From Camelus ferus (taxonomy: Eukaryota), in NCBI RefSeq assembly GCF_009834535.1, contig NC_045697.1, positions 1,304,001 through 1,368,000 on the forward strand: 64,000 bases of DNA, in the 5' to 3' direction. The notes below the pieces were generated by a model that made no database searches, was not told where the DNA came from, and saw only the letters and a program-made list of their open reading frames with translations. Shown here piece after piece: positions 62,571-64,000 of this stretch. Positions within the stretch are counted from its first letter, which is position 1. Each line of letters starts with the position of its first letter. Position numbers and translations under genes: made by a program.

Positions 62571-63911
62571 TTCTTAAATGTACCGGACACCTAGATATTT
62601 GGTTCTTTTAGACTTTTTAATAATTACAATATCCCTAAAAACAATTGGAAACATTCTCAAAAACTGAAAAGCCAATGCAAAAAATTCCGGCTCTAAAGAC
62701 ACCATCCCCACAGTGGGTGTGCTGACTCATTTTCCCCCAGGCCCCAGCCAGTGTACCCCATGGTTTGGGATGGTTTGTCAAGGAGAAAGCTTTAACTGGA
62801 GCAAACCCCACATGGCAGAGACTTACAGAGCCCCCCACGCAGAGCTCAAAGGACCCCCTCAGCCATGAAGGGAGCCCCGTGTGAAGTGTCCCCAGCACCC
62901 ACCCCGCCTCCACCCAACATGAAAACAAGGAGAAATGGAAGAGCTTCAAAATGCTTACTGTAAGAAAGAAAAAAACATTCCATTCATCTTAACCAACTAC
63001 TCTGCATAAATTTCCATAGTATGAAATGTTCTATTCTACTTTCGCTTAATCTATTCAGATCAGTGGGGGAAAAAATCCATTCACTTTTGTCTTCTTCCTT
63101 CAACCATTTGAATTGCCCATCAATATCTAAGTTTCTTTGCAACCCAACTGTAAAAAGTACAAAAGTAATTGTTTCACCAAATGGGAATCTTAAAGACATT
63201 GATGAGAGCTACGGTTCATTCTTGCCAGAAACGCACAGCTCAGGGTGTGGGTGCTCCCACCCTGGGGTCAGACGGACCAGAGTTCAAATCCCAGCCCTGC
63301 CACTCCTGCCTGGGAAGGCTCCAGTGAGTCGTTTAACACGCCGTCCGGAGACCTCGCTCGTAAGACAGGGCGCACTAGGATCATCACAGTGTCACAAGCA
63401 CCCCAGGCCTCAGTGCCTCACGCAGCAGGGATCTATACCCACGCTGTCATTTACGCCCGGCCCCCTCCCCCCCGTCGCCTTCACCACTCCATGGTCCTCT
63501 ACGGGGTCCAGCCGAGGATGCAGGCCACACCCACAGGAGGATGGCTCAAGAGGTCTGGGGGCCAGGCCTGCAGCCCACACAGGCTGACACTCAGCCCCAG
63601 GACTCACCTGGGAGCCGGAGGCCCAGATGGTGTGGGAGCACACAGCTGTGTCTCTGCCACCAGGAAGGCGCAGGTAACCGGCCCAACGGGACAACTGAGC
63701 GCCCCGAGTCAGGGTCTGTTCCCAGCAACTGAATACCAAAAAGACACCTCACTCTCCAAGTGGCCCTGGGTACTCCATTAAACACTCCAGGCACGGTCCT
63801 AAGTCCACACCTCCCAGCCACCTGCAAGCCCCACTGATAATGGCAGGTCATTTCTCGAGCCATGACTGTGAGCCTTTGACAGAGCTGATCCCCTCAAATT
63901 CCACACAACAG

Positions 63912-63955
63912 ACCCCATCACCCCCATCCGACAGATAGGGAAACTGAGGCACAGG
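63912..63955 (-). mobile_element. MIR core fragment
   Basis: cccccatccgacagatagggaaactgaggcacag. Confidence 0.6.
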
Positions 63956-64000
63956 CTGGGGGTGGGGTGAGGCCCCTGCAGCCCTGTCTGTGGCTTCAAC

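Noticed and set aside
31111..64000. ZFYVE28 canonical exon 1 (MMNRFRKWLYKPK)
   Set aside because: I found no matching sequence by eye; it is presumably beyond position 64000.

Overview
This is GC-rich mammalian genomic DNA, most likely from a camelid (alpaca/camel). The inference rests on several vic-1-type tRNA-derived SINEs and camelid-type L1 3' ends, with no Alu, B1, Bov-tA or PRE-1 recognised. The whole window lies inside one minus-strand gene, ZFYVE28 (LST2). Coding exons 2-8 are at 30970-31110, 28456-28593, 26959-27161, 25612-25701, 23066-23155, 18812-18913 and 12197-13489. All have AG/GT boundaries and splice into one open frame. Exon 1 (MMNRFRKWLYKPK) and the 3' exons encoding the FYVE domain were not found and should lie outside the window. 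The rest is intron: many L1, L2, MIR, MaLR and hAT remnants, four G-rich tandem arrays and an intronic CpG island. I found no prokaryote-style system (CRISPR, operon) and no convincing new protein-coding gene; almost all of the ORF track is GC-rich or repeat noise. The best leads, all hypotheses, are: a 1.4-kb (GAGGTGAG)n array that is a splice-signal polymer on both strands; an L1 fragment with an apparent 3' transduction inside a perfect 17-bp TSD; a candidate alternative in-frame first coding exon; an internal CpG-island promoter; and a candidate poison exon. Repeat boundaries and subfamily names are by-eye estimates.
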